Shown piece after piece: positions 51,833 through 62,433 of a DNA stretch of 64,000 nucleotides. This stretch comes from Candidatus Latescibacterota bacterium (GTDB lineage Bacteria; Latescibacterota; UBA2968; SICM01), in the NCBI GenBank assembly GCA_965217865.1, contig CBDCJO010000002.1, forward strand, positions 608,001 to 672,000, given 5' to 3'. Under the pieces are notes generated by a model. That model ran no database searches and was not told where the DNA came from. It was given only the letters and a program-made list of their open reading frames with translations. The translations under genes and the position numbers were made by a program. Position 1 is the first letter of the stretch, and each line of letters begins with the position of its first letter.

Positions 51833-53359
51833 CAGCCCGTTGAAGAACTACCTTTCAACACACATAAACGGAAAAGACGCCTGGAGTGCGGGTCGGATAA
51901 ATCAAGGTAAGGAGATTGAGCAGGAGACGCTGATAAGAGGTTAAAAAGGTGACCGAGGGCAGCAAAGCGTGATTGTAGGACGAGCAGTAGACGCTGCAAG
52001 GCCTTGGCCAGGTCCTGGAGGGCCTTCGGAGTACCTACGCCCATCACTTTGCGCATGAGCAGAGCCAGGTTGCAGCCCCCGATGTGGATCAGCAAACGCT
52101 TGAGGATATTGCCGCGGTCTCTCAAGTGCAACCTGCGCATGCCACCGGTATCATATGTGTGAGCGATGGTTCTTTCCACCCGTTCTGCACGACTTCGGCG
52201 CAAGGCCTTGCCGCGATCTCCCTTGATCCGGCGTCGATTCGCATATACCGCGGCCTGCTCATCTCGTCGGCCGTTCCACTTGCGGCGTCCCCGATCCGGT
52301 TCTGAAATGTAACTCCGGATGCCGCCTTGCTTCAGACTGGTCAATACATCGTTGCTATGATATCCTTTGTCCGCAACCACCTCCCGTATACGCTGTCTGT
52401 GCAAACGTTTGGCAGCTTTTTCGTCCTTCGCGACCTGCTTGAGATTGAGCGGCGCCTCGAGCAGCGTCCAGGACAACGACTCGGTATCTCCTTCATCTGC
52501 TCCCGACAACGCCACTGCCACAATGGCATTGGTGTCCAGATCCACCGCGTGCTCCACCTTGTGCGCCATGTGCGTGCGACCGTCCTTCATCTTAGCGATC
52601 TTGGCATCCGGGTCGTGCGGGTGCTCCCAGTCCTGGTTCGATCCCTTCTTCGGTCGCTTCTTATCGATCTTGGACAAGTCCTCGCGGGTAGGCGTTTCAA
52701 TGCCCGAGGCCTTGGCCAGATTCTCAAGGAATGCCTGGTAGCCTTCACCCGTGTCACGGCGTACAATGCTGCGCATCGCGGCGTTGGCCTCCAGTGTCGT
52801 AGCATCCACGCCCAACGTCTTCCCCTTCACCAGACCCGCTTTGCACAAGACCCTCAGGATCCACTTGAAAACCGCTTCGTGAACTTCCAAGGGAAGCCGA
52901 TGCCGGATGCGAGACAGGCTGGAATGATCCGGGGTCTGTTCGTCAAGGGCATACCCCAAAAACCGGCGCAACGTCAGCGAGTCAGATACACGCCATTCGA
53001 TCCCACGTTCCGAATCAAGTCCCTCGAAATACCCAATCAAAAGCATCCGAAAATAAACCCCGGGCGGAATGCCCTTGCGACCCATATGAGGAGCGTAATA
53101 CCGCTGGCAAAGCCCTTCGACGAACTCGTCGAACCCGTTCGCCTCCAATACCTGATTCAGCTTCTCGTAGAACGGATGACCCGGAGATTTCACCAAAGTG
53201 TTCGATGCGATGAACAGGTTTTCCTGTCTCTGTCGTCCTCGTTTTCCCATTGCCATTTGCTCGTCCTCCCTTCTCAGTTTGAACCTGATATATCATAGGA
53301 CCAAACCACAAGGAAAGACAACAGTCATCTTGGCATAAACGCACTTTTTCAACAGGCTG
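51833..53359 (-). mobile_element. IS1182/IS5-like insertion sequence, copy 2 (transposase 51829-53256)
   Basis: Nearly identical to copy 1 with the same TIRs. One extra base near 51967 changes the C-terminus. Flanks are CTAG / CTAT. Confidence 0.92.
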
Positions 53360-53367
53360 CTATGGGT

Positions 53368-53952
53368 CTATTCAAGGAGGAGCTGCCGGCTGACTTCTAT
53401 TGGTAACTCATAATCGAGCGGCCCACAGAGGGTTTCAGCAAGCTCGCGATCAAGGTCGATCAATGAAACCGGCCAACCCCAATGGCTGACCATGGCACGC
53501 ACCCCCAATGAGAAATCGCGCATCGAGCCGAGCACGCTGCGACTGGCGGTCCGATCAAACCGGGCACAGCCCATCTCCTGGAGTTCCTCCGCAATTCGTG
53601 GGCACGAGACGTCAAAAGAACGCAGAAGGGCCTCGAGAGATGCCGCGAGCCGATCCGGCAATCCTGGCAAGTTCTTAGCGGGCACAACAACGCTCAGAAG
53701 AGATCGTTCACTTGTGCAAAGGACCAGCCGTGTGTGTCCGATGTTCAGACGGTTCGCGTACCAGTCTCCCAACCGTGTCGTCGGCTCCGGTGCGTTTCCC
53801 ATGTCGCTCGGGGCGAGAGACCCAAGCCTTTTCAGCAATGGCTGCGTACACCTGATGTTGTACATAGGAGATTGTGTTCCGGTTGACTTCCTTCCAAGAC
53901 TACGCGAGACCTCGGTGTGGCCACCCTCGATGTCCGAAGATCCAGCGTTCAT
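53368..53952 (-). CDS. Hypothetical protein (DUF6933-like)
   Basis: IRCTQPLLKRL...LGDWYAN...SLLSVVVP...TASRSVLGSM. Confidence 0.6.
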   Translation of the reverse strand: MNAGSSDIEGGHTEVSRSLGRKSTGTQSPMYNIRCTQPLLKRLGSLAPSDMGNAPEPTTRLGDWYANRLNIGHTRLVLCTSERSLLSVVVPAKNLPGLPDRLAASLEALLRSFDVSCPRIAEELQEMGCARFDRTASRSVLGSMRDFSLGVRAMVSHWGWPVSLIDLDRELAETLCGPLDYELPIEVSRQLLLE

Positions 53953-54702
53953 TCATTTGGTTTTTGTGCTACTGCAATTAATCTCTTAGAATCTACACCA
54001 TATTCTTCCCCATCCAGGCTTCCATACAACCTGAGGTTTTTGAAACCCGTTTGTTCCAAACGGTCCTTCAATTCTTGACCTGAATATATCGAATGCTCGA
54101 ATGCGAAAGTTCGAGTTTCACCGTCCTTTATGAGAATCCACTCGGTTTTGATTCGACCCCAATCCTTGACCACCTCACGGCGTTGAACCAGAATGGTCCC
54201 ATCTTCCTCGTCGCTTGAAGAAGTGGGTTGAAAAACCTTTGCGAGCCACTCCTTGCTAACCACGTCTATCAGGCACGAACCACCCGGTTTGATACTCCGA
54301 TAGATATTTCGTAAGACCCTGAGATTGTCATCTTCCTTTTCGAAATATCCGAATGATGTAAACATGTTTAGAACCAAATCATACGATGCGTCACGCACAA
54401 AATCTCTCATGTCCTTCTGAACCCATTCAACTTGCACGCCTTCAGCAATTGCCCTTTCTCGTGCCTTCTTCAAAAGAAATGGTGTTATGTCTACCGACGT
54501 AACCTTGATACCACGTTTGGCCAGTAATACAGAGTGTCTCCCGGGTCCACAACATAGATCCAGGATTGATTCCCCCTGAAAATCCACAAGCTGAAGGATG
54601 TTCTCAACCTGTTCCTCGGCCCGTTCAAACCTGTCCCCTGCTTGGGAACATATAAGGGTAGACAGTTGCCCAGAACTCTTCGTTTTCAAACCATTCGGTC
54701 AT
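53949..54702 (-). CDS. Class I SAM methyltransferase with a 5' frameshift
   Basis: MTEWFENEEFW start is out of frame with LDLCCGPGRHS...NMFTSFGYF...KPGG. Confidence 0.85.
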
Positions 54703-54746
54703 GAATTCTAAGATTGCATTTAACGGTCAACAAGCTCAACCAGCCC

Positions 54747-55514
54747 TCAGGTTTTCCTGGTTCTTGGAGTTGGCTTCTGTGCCTTAAATATACCGGTAGC
54801 TTTGGTGATATGAATAACACCGTGCGCAACCAAAGGCTCCACTTCAGTAATTGCTAAAGAATCTTCATATCGATGTTGTTCAACGTTTGAAAACCACTGG
54901 GAGACCTCCGGCCAACCTGACTCAAGGCTGAATCCGACTTCAGGGACGCCATAAGCCTTTGGGGCCACCTGCTTCACCCATTCTCGAAGTTCCCGATTGC
55001 TTTCGATTCCATTTGTCGTTGCATAGAAATACCCGCCAGGTTTCAAAACCCTGCTAATCTCCGAAAAGGCTTTGGGCCTATCCGGCACATGATAGAGCAT
55101 GTGGTTAGCAATCACAGCATCAAAGGTCTCATCTCCAATTGGAATCGACCGAACATCACCTGCTTCAAACCTGAACACACGAGGATTATACCTTAGGTTC
55201 TTCCGAGCCTCCCGTACCATCCCCGGAGAGAGATCCGCCAGAGTTATGTCCCATCCTTCAGGGATACGGTCGATGTTATTAACCCATAAAAGGCCAGGGC
55301 CACAACCTACATCGAGGATGCGGCCTTGTGATGGGAGATTGAGTCGATCGAACACCCAACGAGGCCATCCATATTTGTTTGTGCTGAACCGCTCGTGAAG
55401 GTCGATTCGCGCGTGCAAATTTGACGAATTCTTATATTGATCGGATACGAACGTTGGATCTGATAATCTATGCACTCGCTCCTCCAGAACCTCAATGGTC
55501 ATCGATGTCAACAA
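54747..55514 (-). CDS. Class I SAM methyltransferase
   Basis: ILDVGCGPG, DLSPGM, ANHMLYHVPD, VLKPGG. Confidence 0.9.
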   Translation of the reverse strand: MLTSMTIEVLEERVHRLSDPTFVSDQYKNSSNLHARIDLHERFSTNKYGWPRWVFDRLNLPSQGRILDVGCGPGLLWVNNIDRIPEGWDITLADLSPGMVREARKNLRYNPRVFRFEAGDVRSIPIGDETFDAVIANHMLYHVPDRPKAFSEISRVLKPGGYFYATTNGIESNRELREWVKQVAPKAYGVPEVGFSLESGWPEVSQWFSNVEQHRYEDSLAITEVEPLVAHGVIHITKATGIFKAQKPTPRTRKT

Positions 55515-55550
55515 AAAAAGGAAGATAAGCTTGGCAGTTTTGGATGTGAG

Positions 55551-56066
55551 TCATACCGCATCCACTACCCCAACTTTGTCGGGAGACAGGAAAACTTCCT
55601 GTCCTTCACCTCGATGAGGAGGCATTTTACTAATACAAAGCATCAGAAAGAGAAGGCCTTTTCCATATGAAGAAAGCTCGTAATGGTTCCTCTTTGAGGT
55701 TTCAAGAAGATACGAGGTTAGAGCGAGTTCTTTCAGGTGGTGCTGTAACTGGCCTGGTTTCATGCCTGTCTTTTCTTTGAGATCTGAGAAAGTGTGGTGG
55801 CCTTCATATATGGCCTTCATTAAATGAACGCGTTGTTCATTGGAAAATGCGGTTGCAATACGTGCAACCTCAAATTCTGAACAATCGAGGTTCTTTATCG
55901 AAGATCCGTTCAGTGAAGAACCTTCAAACCAGAAGGTTGTGTCCGATTTCGTTTTGGGTAAGATTAATTGATATGAGACCCATCCTTCCCCTTCTCCAAG
56001 GTGTTTACAGAGTTTTCGATACACTCGATCCAAAGATTTCATGTCTTCTTGAAATTTTTCGGACAT
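55551..56066 (-). CDS. ArsR/winged-HTH regulator
   Basis: AFSNEQRVHLM...GQLQHHLKEL...RNHYEL. Confidence 0.8.
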   Translation of the reverse strand: MSEKFQEDMKSLDRVYRKLCKHLGEGEGWVSYQLILPKTKSDTTFWFEGSSLNGSSIKNLDCSEFEVARIATAFSNEQRVHLMKAIYEGHHTFSDLKEKTGMKPGQLQHHLKELALTSYLLETSKRNHYELSSYGKGLLFLMLCISKMPPHRGEGQEVFLSPDKVGVVDAV

Positions 56067-56173
56067 TCCGCCACCTCCGATTTGAATAAAACATAACGAT
56101 ATATTGGAATACCCATATTCTAGTAAGTTTGTAGATCCTTGTCAAGCCAATATGTTTATGCTTTTCGCAAATC

Positions 56174-56782
56174 TTACTCGGATCGGGTCAAGGATGGGAT
56201 CTTATATACCACCAGATCCAAAGTCTTACTGTCAGGCCTTTCGGTAGTGCCTTTCTTGAAAACCTCCCCCCCGAGAGCTTCAGGAATTCTTATACTGGCC
56301 TGATTTCTACGATCTACCGGATAGATGAGATATTCATAATCCAGGTTTTCGTCAGCCCACCTTTTCAAACCAAAGATGGCTTCCTTCCCGTAGCCATTAC
56401 CGTGTGAACGAGACTTGATCCATATTCCAAGCTCGGGAGTCTTCGGCTTTCCTTGACCGTGGAGTCCGCAGCAACCCAGGAACTCTTCTGAGTCCCGGTT
56501 TAAGATTACAAATTGTAGATTGTCACCTTTTCTCATACTCTTTAGGGAATCTTCGATGAACTCTAAAGTCTCATCAATACTTTTACTGGGGCTCGGACCC
56601 ATATATCGTGTGACTTCAGCCGTAAATTCCTTGAACATGCCTTCCGCGAATTCGGGAGAGGTTGGCAGTAGCTTGAGTCTACTCGTCTTAATTTCGACGT
56701 GCAAACAATCAATACGTTTTCCTTGCCTCGAAATGAATGGTTTACCCTGCGGTTCGGCCGCATCGCTCATCGTAGGCCTCAA
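56174..56782 (-). CDS. GNAT (RimJ/RimL) acetyltransferase
   Basis: TSRLKL, FLGCCGL, ELGIWI, HGNGYGKEA, NQASIRIPE. Confidence 0.9.
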   Translation of the reverse strand: MRPTMSDAAEPQGKPFISRQGKRIDCLHVEIKTSRLKLLPTSPEFAEGMFKEFTAEVTRYMGPSPSKSIDETLEFIEDSLKSMRKGDNLQFVILNRDSEEFLGCCGLHGQGKPKTPELGIWIKSRSHGNGYGKEAIFGLKRWADENLDYEYLIYPVDRRNQASIRIPEALGGEVFKKGTTERPDSKTLDLVVYKIPSLTRSE

Positions 56783-56805
56783 GTTTGGCGCTGCAAAGCG
56801 TCATT

Positions 56806-57348
56806 TCATGTTTGTTCGGAGAATGGAATGTTTAACGATCTGAGTTCGGATATTACAGCGTCCAGGTCATCAACATATACCAGTTCAATATTCCACCTGG
56901 CAATTGCTTCCGACATTGTGATTGTTTCCTTATGAATTGCAGTCTTCGGCGATCGCGCAATATACTCATTGCTTGGGACGTATTCAAACCCCTCTTCATT
57001 GAACGTGAACACCGTGGGTGAAAAGGACTCAACAGAGATTCTATTGTTTCCCTCTGTAATAATCAGCGCTTTTTTACCGCAATCTATGTCTAGAGATGTC
57101 GAGCGAAGAAGATCAATATGTTCTGCGGTTAACCAGATCCTGATTCGTCGAACCTTCGGAAGAAGGTGAATGTTTATTTCATTGAAGCCGCCAACATATA
57201 AAACTTCATCGCACACGTACCCTTCCTTTTGTCTTGGTGAGCTGCTTTTCCAATCCTCTGTGCGCCAAAATCTCTTTGGCGTGAATGTCATATCCTGATC
57301 TGGATGGCTAACTTTATAGAGCATGGGACGCGTCAACTTGATAGGCAA
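56806..57348 (-). CDS. Hypothetical protein
   Basis: 180-aa ORF co-oriented with its neighbours. Confidence 0.5.
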   Translation of the reverse strand: MPIKLTRPMLYKVSHPDQDMTFTPKRFWRTEDWKSSSPRQKEGYVCDEVLYVGGFNEINIHLLPKVRRIRIWLTAEHIDLLRSTSLDIDCGKKALIITEGNNRISVESFSPTVFTFNEEGFEYVPSNEYIARSPKTAIHKETITMSEAIARWNIELVYVDDLDAVISELRSLNIPFSEQT

Positions 57349-57516
57349 TTATCCTCTTCTCTTCGGCCGCTTGGGGGGAAGAGACACCACGGGATGACCG
57401 TACTCCTCCTCTTTCTTCTTTAGATCTGCACAAATGGCCTTCAGGTTGTAATTCAAGCCAGCCGCGTGGGCCTCACGGATTCGCCAAATCTCGTCGACAA
57501 TTGGATCGAACTTCAT
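57349..57516 (-). CDS. Small antitoxin-like protein following a PIN C-terminal remnant
   Basis: MKFDPIVDEIWRIREAHAAGLNYNLKAICADL; preceded by ...PVACSPEEIGG. Confidence 0.55.
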   Translation of the reverse strand: MKFDPIVDEIWRIREAHAAGLNYNLKAICADLKKKEEEYGHPVVSLPPKRPKRRG

Positions 57517-57704
57517 AATTGGCCTCCAATCTCCTCAGGAGAACAGGCAACTGGGTCATCCATGGACAACAAGTCGTTTTTATCCATAGGGTTATGGAAG
57601 GCCAGTAAGGTGGGTTCCTTTAATCCTTGGAAAACAAACGCAAAGCCGTTATTTTTTTAATGATCCAGGCGGTAGAACCTCAGCCAACAGACTAAAAGAC
57701 TGGC

Positions 57705-57935
57705 ATGGCAAATGTCGATAAGCTTCTAACTCGAATACTGAAGAGAATTTCTGATGCAAATATTCAATTTCGAGACTTGTGCCAGTTGCTTAGACAATTG
57801 GGATTTGAAGAACGCATTCGGGGTAGCCATCATCTTTTCCGAAAGCAGGGGATTGAAGAGAAAATCAATATCCAACGCGATGGCAATAAGGCGAAAGTCT
57901 ACCAACCCCGTTCAGGGAGCAGCACGAAAAATTAA
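57705..57935 (+). CDS. hicA: HicA-family toxin (possibly truncated; no hicB seen)
   Basis: LGFEERIRGSHHLF...INIQ...KAKVYQ. Confidence 0.8.
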   Translation: MANVDKLLTRILKRISDANIQFRDLCQLLRQLGFEERIRGSHHLFRKQGIEEKINIQRDGNKAKVYQPRSGSSTKN

Positions 57936-57991
57936 TTCGGGATAGTGGGACACCGGGATAGAACAGCGTATTAAAAACTAGGTTCCTCAGG

Positions 57992-58020
57992 AAGCCGCAT
58001 CTATTCAGATGCGGCTTTTT
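57992..58020 (+). terminator. Rho-independent terminator
   Basis: aagccgcatct-attc-agatgcggctt followed by a T-run. Confidence 0.8.
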
Positions 58021-58155
58021 CTATACGATAAATCTAAGAATGGCTTTGATCTTTAAAAAATATTGCTCGCTTTGTGCTGGTAGCCGTCCAGAATAGCGAT
58101 AACCGTCCATGATTTGATGCTGCAATAGGCTTATATTTTATACGGGGGCGCTTCC

Positions 58156-59125
58156 TTGTGTGCTGTCAATGGATTGGTCTCACACCAGGTTAATCGCCTT
58201 ACTACCTATGGGCGGGTAGGCGAAGCGCCCCTGGATCAATTTTCAATGGAAGAAACAAAAATGGACACAGAAGATCACAAATTACCTGTCTCTGAGGACG
58301 TCCAACAACTCGAAGTTGAAGAGGTCCCGACACCGGGTGGAAAAGGCCCAATTCAAATCGACGAAAGGAATCTTAGGGTTTCGGGTAATGTATCCAGTGG
58401 CGCGGTTATTCGAGGCCAGGGCGGAGTGTCCATACGCGGGAAAGTTTCAGGGAGTTCGAGGCAGCGGTGCCTGATTGAAGTTGGAGGAGATATCATTGTT
58501 GGGGATGATGTGGAGTTTGCACGGATCAGGTGCCGCTCTTTGAAAGTTGAAGGAAACCTGGACAACGCAGAGGTTTTGTCAGACAGAGAGTTGGAACTTG
58601 AAGGCGATTTAGGGGATGTTGAAGTTCAGGTAGGAATGTGGGGCCAGGAATCCAATCAACTCAACGGCCTATCGAAGAAAATATCGCATTTGGAGTCAGA
58701 GGTGAATGGTTTTGAAGGTCGAATACGTATGGCAAGCCGGCGATTCTTTCGGGACTATAAGAAAAAGAGATAATTTACTTGCCAGTATCAAGGAAATAGA
58801 AATGTTACAGGAACATCTATTCGACATGATAAAGGCTCCGACTCCCTGGGGGGTAATTGTCAAAGGTAAGATTAAGCCTAAGACGATAATTCGTCTAATA
58901 CAGTTTGGTCTGAAGGAAGGAGAAGAGGGAGGTGAGAAGGATAGTCCAAAGTTGGAGCGCCGCACAGCACAGCTCAGAGTTGGATCCCCGGATGAGGACG
59001 TGCTGAGTTTGAACCTGTTGTCTACAGAAGGTGCGTCGTCCGTTAAGGATAAAGTAACTCAAGCAGAGCTCTCTGCTGTTCGCGTATCTCTACACGATGG
59101 CCTGCCTGTATGGAATCCTATATAG
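58156..59125 (+). pseudogene. FapA/DUF342-like beta-solenoid protein split into two frames
   Basis: LRVSGNV, VSIRGKV, IEVGGDIIV, LKVEGNL repeats, then a coiled coil; frame change near 58765. Confidence 0.55.
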
Positions 59126-59229
59126 AAAGGGGGTGCTCCTGGGTGGGCTGTCACGTCCAGCCACAAACCCACTATGGACTAGCGGAGCACCTCCTGAACA
59201 CAGATCTGTTTTTTTAGAGGAACCATAAA

Positions 59230-59604
59230 GTGAACAATAAACCCAAACGCATCCTGGTTCTTGACGACGAGCAAGCTATCCTGGAGGTGCTCGCCAAATA
59301 TCTCCGGAAGCAGAACTTCGAACCCTTCATAACCTCAAGTTGGACAGAGGCCATTGAGCAGATTTCGAACAATCCCCCGGACTTAATCCTGCTTGACATC
59401 AAAATGCCGACTATTCAGGGGGATACAGTATTGGAATATATCCGTCAATATAGTAAAACACTGCCGGTAATAATCATTTCAGGTTTTCTTGACCCAGAGA
59501 AGATGACAGCGCTACGTGAGTTGGGAGCAAATGGTTTCGTGCCTAAGCCTTTCGACCTTGATAAGCTCCATTCGATAATCAAAATGGCCATAAAGGATTC
59601 ATAG
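59230..59604 (+). CDS. Single-domain response regulator (receiver)
   Basis: ILVLDDE, PDLILLDIKMP, IIISG, KPF. Confidence 0.93.
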   Translation: MNNKPKRILVLDDEQAILEVLAKYLRKQNFEPFITSSWTEAIEQISNNPPDLILLDIKMPTIQGDTVLEYIRQYSKTLPVIIISGFLDPEKMTALRELGANGFVPKPFDLDKLHSIIKMAIKDS

Positions 59605-59763
59605 TTAGGTCTATCGAGTATACGGGGGTAGCCAGTATATGAGAGGGACCGGGCTTTTCGGTCCCTTATCTTATTTTCACCAGATCCCGACAAAACCCCA
59701 GATCCTTCTAACTGCCAAGATCGTGCTTGACATCAAGGCATCAAATTGCTTATGTTTTGATGT

Positions 59764-60012
59764 ATGAGAACGACGCTGACAATTGACGAGGACGTGGCCA
59801 TACAGATCGAGCGAATTCGCCGGTCCGAGGAAGTCAGCCTAAAGGAGATCGTCAACCGGCTCTTCAGGCTAGGCCTGAAGGGCTTGAGCGAACCGCCTCC
59901 CAGGCGAAAGGCGGTTCGCACCCGATCCGTTCGGTTAGGCCGCTGCCTGATCGGCAGTGTAGATGATGTGGCGGAGGCCTTAGCCGTGGCAGAAGGCGAA
60001 GGCTATCGTTGA
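59764..60012 (+). CDS. vapB: VapB-type RHH antitoxin
   Basis: MRTTLTIDEDV...; overlaps vapC. Confidence 0.85.
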   Translation: MRTTLTIDEDVAIQIERIRRSEEVSLKEIVNRLFRLGLKGLSEPPPRRKAVRTRSVRLGRCLIGSVDDVAEALAVAEGEGYR

Positions 60013-60437
60013 GGCTCGTCGATGCCAACCTGCTGGTGTACGCCCACGTGGATGGCTCGGCTCAGCATAAGCCAGCGCACGCTTGGCTGGATCGCATGCT
60101 GAACGGCCTTGAGCCCCTGGGACTCCCGTGGGAAAGTCTGCTCGGGTTCGTTCGCCTCGTATCCAACCCTCGCGTATTTGAGCGACCTGAGCCCATAACG
60201 GACGCCTGGAAGCAAGTCGACATGTGGTTGGACGCCTCCTCGGGTTGGATTCCCCTACCAACGAATCAACACCGGGAGATCCTGGCAGATCTGCTCATCA
60301 CCGAGGGCCTCAGGGCGAACCACGTTCCTGATGCGCATCTCGCTGCACTGGCGATCGAGCACGGCTTGGTGCTCTGCTCCACAGATGACGATTTCTCCCG
60401 CTTCGCCGACTTACGCTGGGAGAATCCTCTTCGGTAA
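60009..60437 (+). CDS. vapC: VapC PIN toxin
   Basis: LVDANLLVYA, VPDAHLAALAIEHG, STDDDFSRF, WENPL. Confidence 0.92.
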   Translation: MRLVDANLLVYAHVDGSAQHKPAHAWLDRMLNGLEPLGLPWESLLGFVRLVSNPRVFERPEPITDAWKQVDMWLDASSGWIPLPTNQHREILADLLITEGLRANHVPDAHLAALAIEHGLVLCSTDDDFSRFADLRWENPLR

Positions 60438-60506
60438 GGAAGCCTCGGAACCCTGGATGTGGTGCCAAGGATCGATATTTCACTCTAATAGAAAAGGGTC
60501 GTGAGA

Positions 60507-61055
60507 CTAAAAACTCACGACCTTTATCATTTGACGAGTTTTATTCTGCTCCCGGACTATCAGCCTGTCAAGCATCCAAGCACCTGCGAATAGAGCGCTG
60601 TGAACCAGGTCCGGGCGACGGTTGAGCGCAACGAAGCTAATGAGGCCACCCATGCTATGCCCCACAACCTGGATCTTGGCTCCCTCGTACTGTTGGCTCA
60701 GTGTCTCCAGAAACACAACAAACTTGTCACCAGTCTCGAGATTGTCTCGACGCCAGTCGTAGGCGAAGGAATGAACCGGCCGTCCGGATCCCACCGCCCA
60801 ATCCAGAAAAGAGGCGTAGATGTCCTGCCCGGCCACCGTGCGCAATGGTGTTGTCGGGACAAGCTCATCGAAGTGCTGAACATCTCCTTCCCAATGAATT
60901 GGCAAACTCAAATCAGGAGAGCTGAGTCCCAGTGCCTGCCACCAGGTGATCCAGCGCCACCGACCTTTCGAGTCGGATAATGCGCTCCCTTTGAAACCAT
61001 GGATGAAGACTAGGGGAAGAAGTGGCTTCCCTGTCCTGATTTTTCTCGCTTCCAT
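60507..61055 (-). pseudogene. Truncated LCAT/lipase alpha-beta hydrolase
   Basis: VFIHGFKGS, FAYDWRR, VGHSMGG; lacks the catalytic C-terminus. Confidence 0.7.
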
Positions 61056-61132
61056 AAACCTTGTGGTCCTGGTAATCGTCCGGGATTACTTATCCCTATA
61101 TGCCAGCTGTTCAACAGGTCAAATAGGCGACA

Positions 61133-62165
61133 TCATGCCGAGTGTTCGCTACTCAGGCCGACCACTCGGGCCTTGTCGGCCAGCCGCAACGCCCTCCGCA
61201 CCATCAGTCCTTTGAGTCGGGTAAACGGCTTCCAAGCTAGGATTAGTAACTGGCCAAGGTCTACCGGGTGTCTTGTGAGCAACTCGGGGCCGTTCTTGGT
61301 AACCAGCACCGTATCGGAGTGTCGGACACCGCCGATGTCACGCAAGTAGATGCCTGGTTCGACGCTAATCACCATATTTTCGGCCAACCGGTCCTCACGC
61401 CTTCCGCTATCCAGGGCGCTTCATGGTTGCCGAGTCCGAATCCGTGCCCGGTGCGGTGCAATCGCTGGTCTTCGCCGTTGTATCCTTCCTTCCGTAAATA
61501 ATCGTTCACCACGGAGTCAAGGTCGCTGCACGGCAAACCTGGTCGAATTATGCCGAACGCGATGCGGCGGGCCTCCATCATGGCCGCAAAGGTCTTGCGA
61601 GCCTCGGTTGATGGCGCTGCGGTGAAATATGATCGTTCGCACTCTGCAGCGTACCCGTTAACCCGGGTAAGCACCATCGCGACATGCGGCCCTTCACCGA
61701 GCCGGTCATTGAGGTCCGGGACCGAGTGCGGGCATTGCACTGCGAGGCGCGGCCCATGTCGCCATCACTACTTTGGTAGTCAACGCCTCCCAGTCATGGA
61801 CTTCGCGGATGATTCGGGAGGTCACCTCCCGGGTTTCGGCGAAACCCTCCGCAACAGTCGCCCCGAAATAGGATGCTGCCAGCAACGCTCCACCCCGAAG
61901 TCGGCGTATTGAGCGGCCCGCCGGATCATCTTGATCTCGGCTTCGGACTTAACCAGGCGCAGTCTTTCGACAAGCGGTTCTACCCGGAGCGAATAGTCGT
62001 GAAGCTGAAGGGCGATCTCTTGCCGGAGTCCTGGCTCAACACCGATCTCTTGAATGTTGCCGATATGATCCCTTAAGCGACCCGGCCAGTCTCGACCTGC
62101 GGGGGCGGGGTAATCCCAATAGGTATGGATATTCTCCACCGGGATATTGTGAGCCTTTTTCATAT
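61133..62165 (-). pseudogene. M24 Xaa-Pro peptidase, multiply frameshifted
   Basis: LRLVKSEAEI, GYAAECERS, HRTGHGFGLGNHEAP and SVEPGIY...RHSDTV are spread over several frames. Confidence 0.85.
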
Positions 62166-62176
62166 GCTCGTGTCGC

Positions 62177-62359
62177 TCATCGCGGGGACCACGGGCACCC
62201 CCAAGCCAATTGGAAGAGATCCGCACCAGCAGCACGTGCTGCATCGCAGAAGCGATCTCGTGCGGTGACATAATCTGAAGAGAAGGTATCTGACGCCATA
62301 AGGTTGTTTTTCCCTTGGGTGACAGTGAGGATAACTATGAATAGCACCGCGATTTTCAT
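62177..62359 (-). pseudogene. DUF2817/M14-like N-terminal fragment
   Basis: FSSDYVTARDRFCDAARAAGA. Confidence 0.5.
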
Positions 62360-62375
62360 GGGTCACCTCCGCAAC

Positions 62376-62388
62376 TTAACAGCGTTAA
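62376..62388. promoter_or_regulatory. Putative TetR operator 2
   Basis: ttaac-agc-gttaa palindrome just upstream of the 62359 start. Confidence 0.6.
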
Positions 62389-62433
62389 CTGTCCAGGCAA
62401 AAAAAAGACTGCCTTTGTCAAATGTCTAAAAAT

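Noticed and set aside
47200-57520. Integron cassette array
   Set aside because: No integrase and no recognisable attC inverted cores between the genes.
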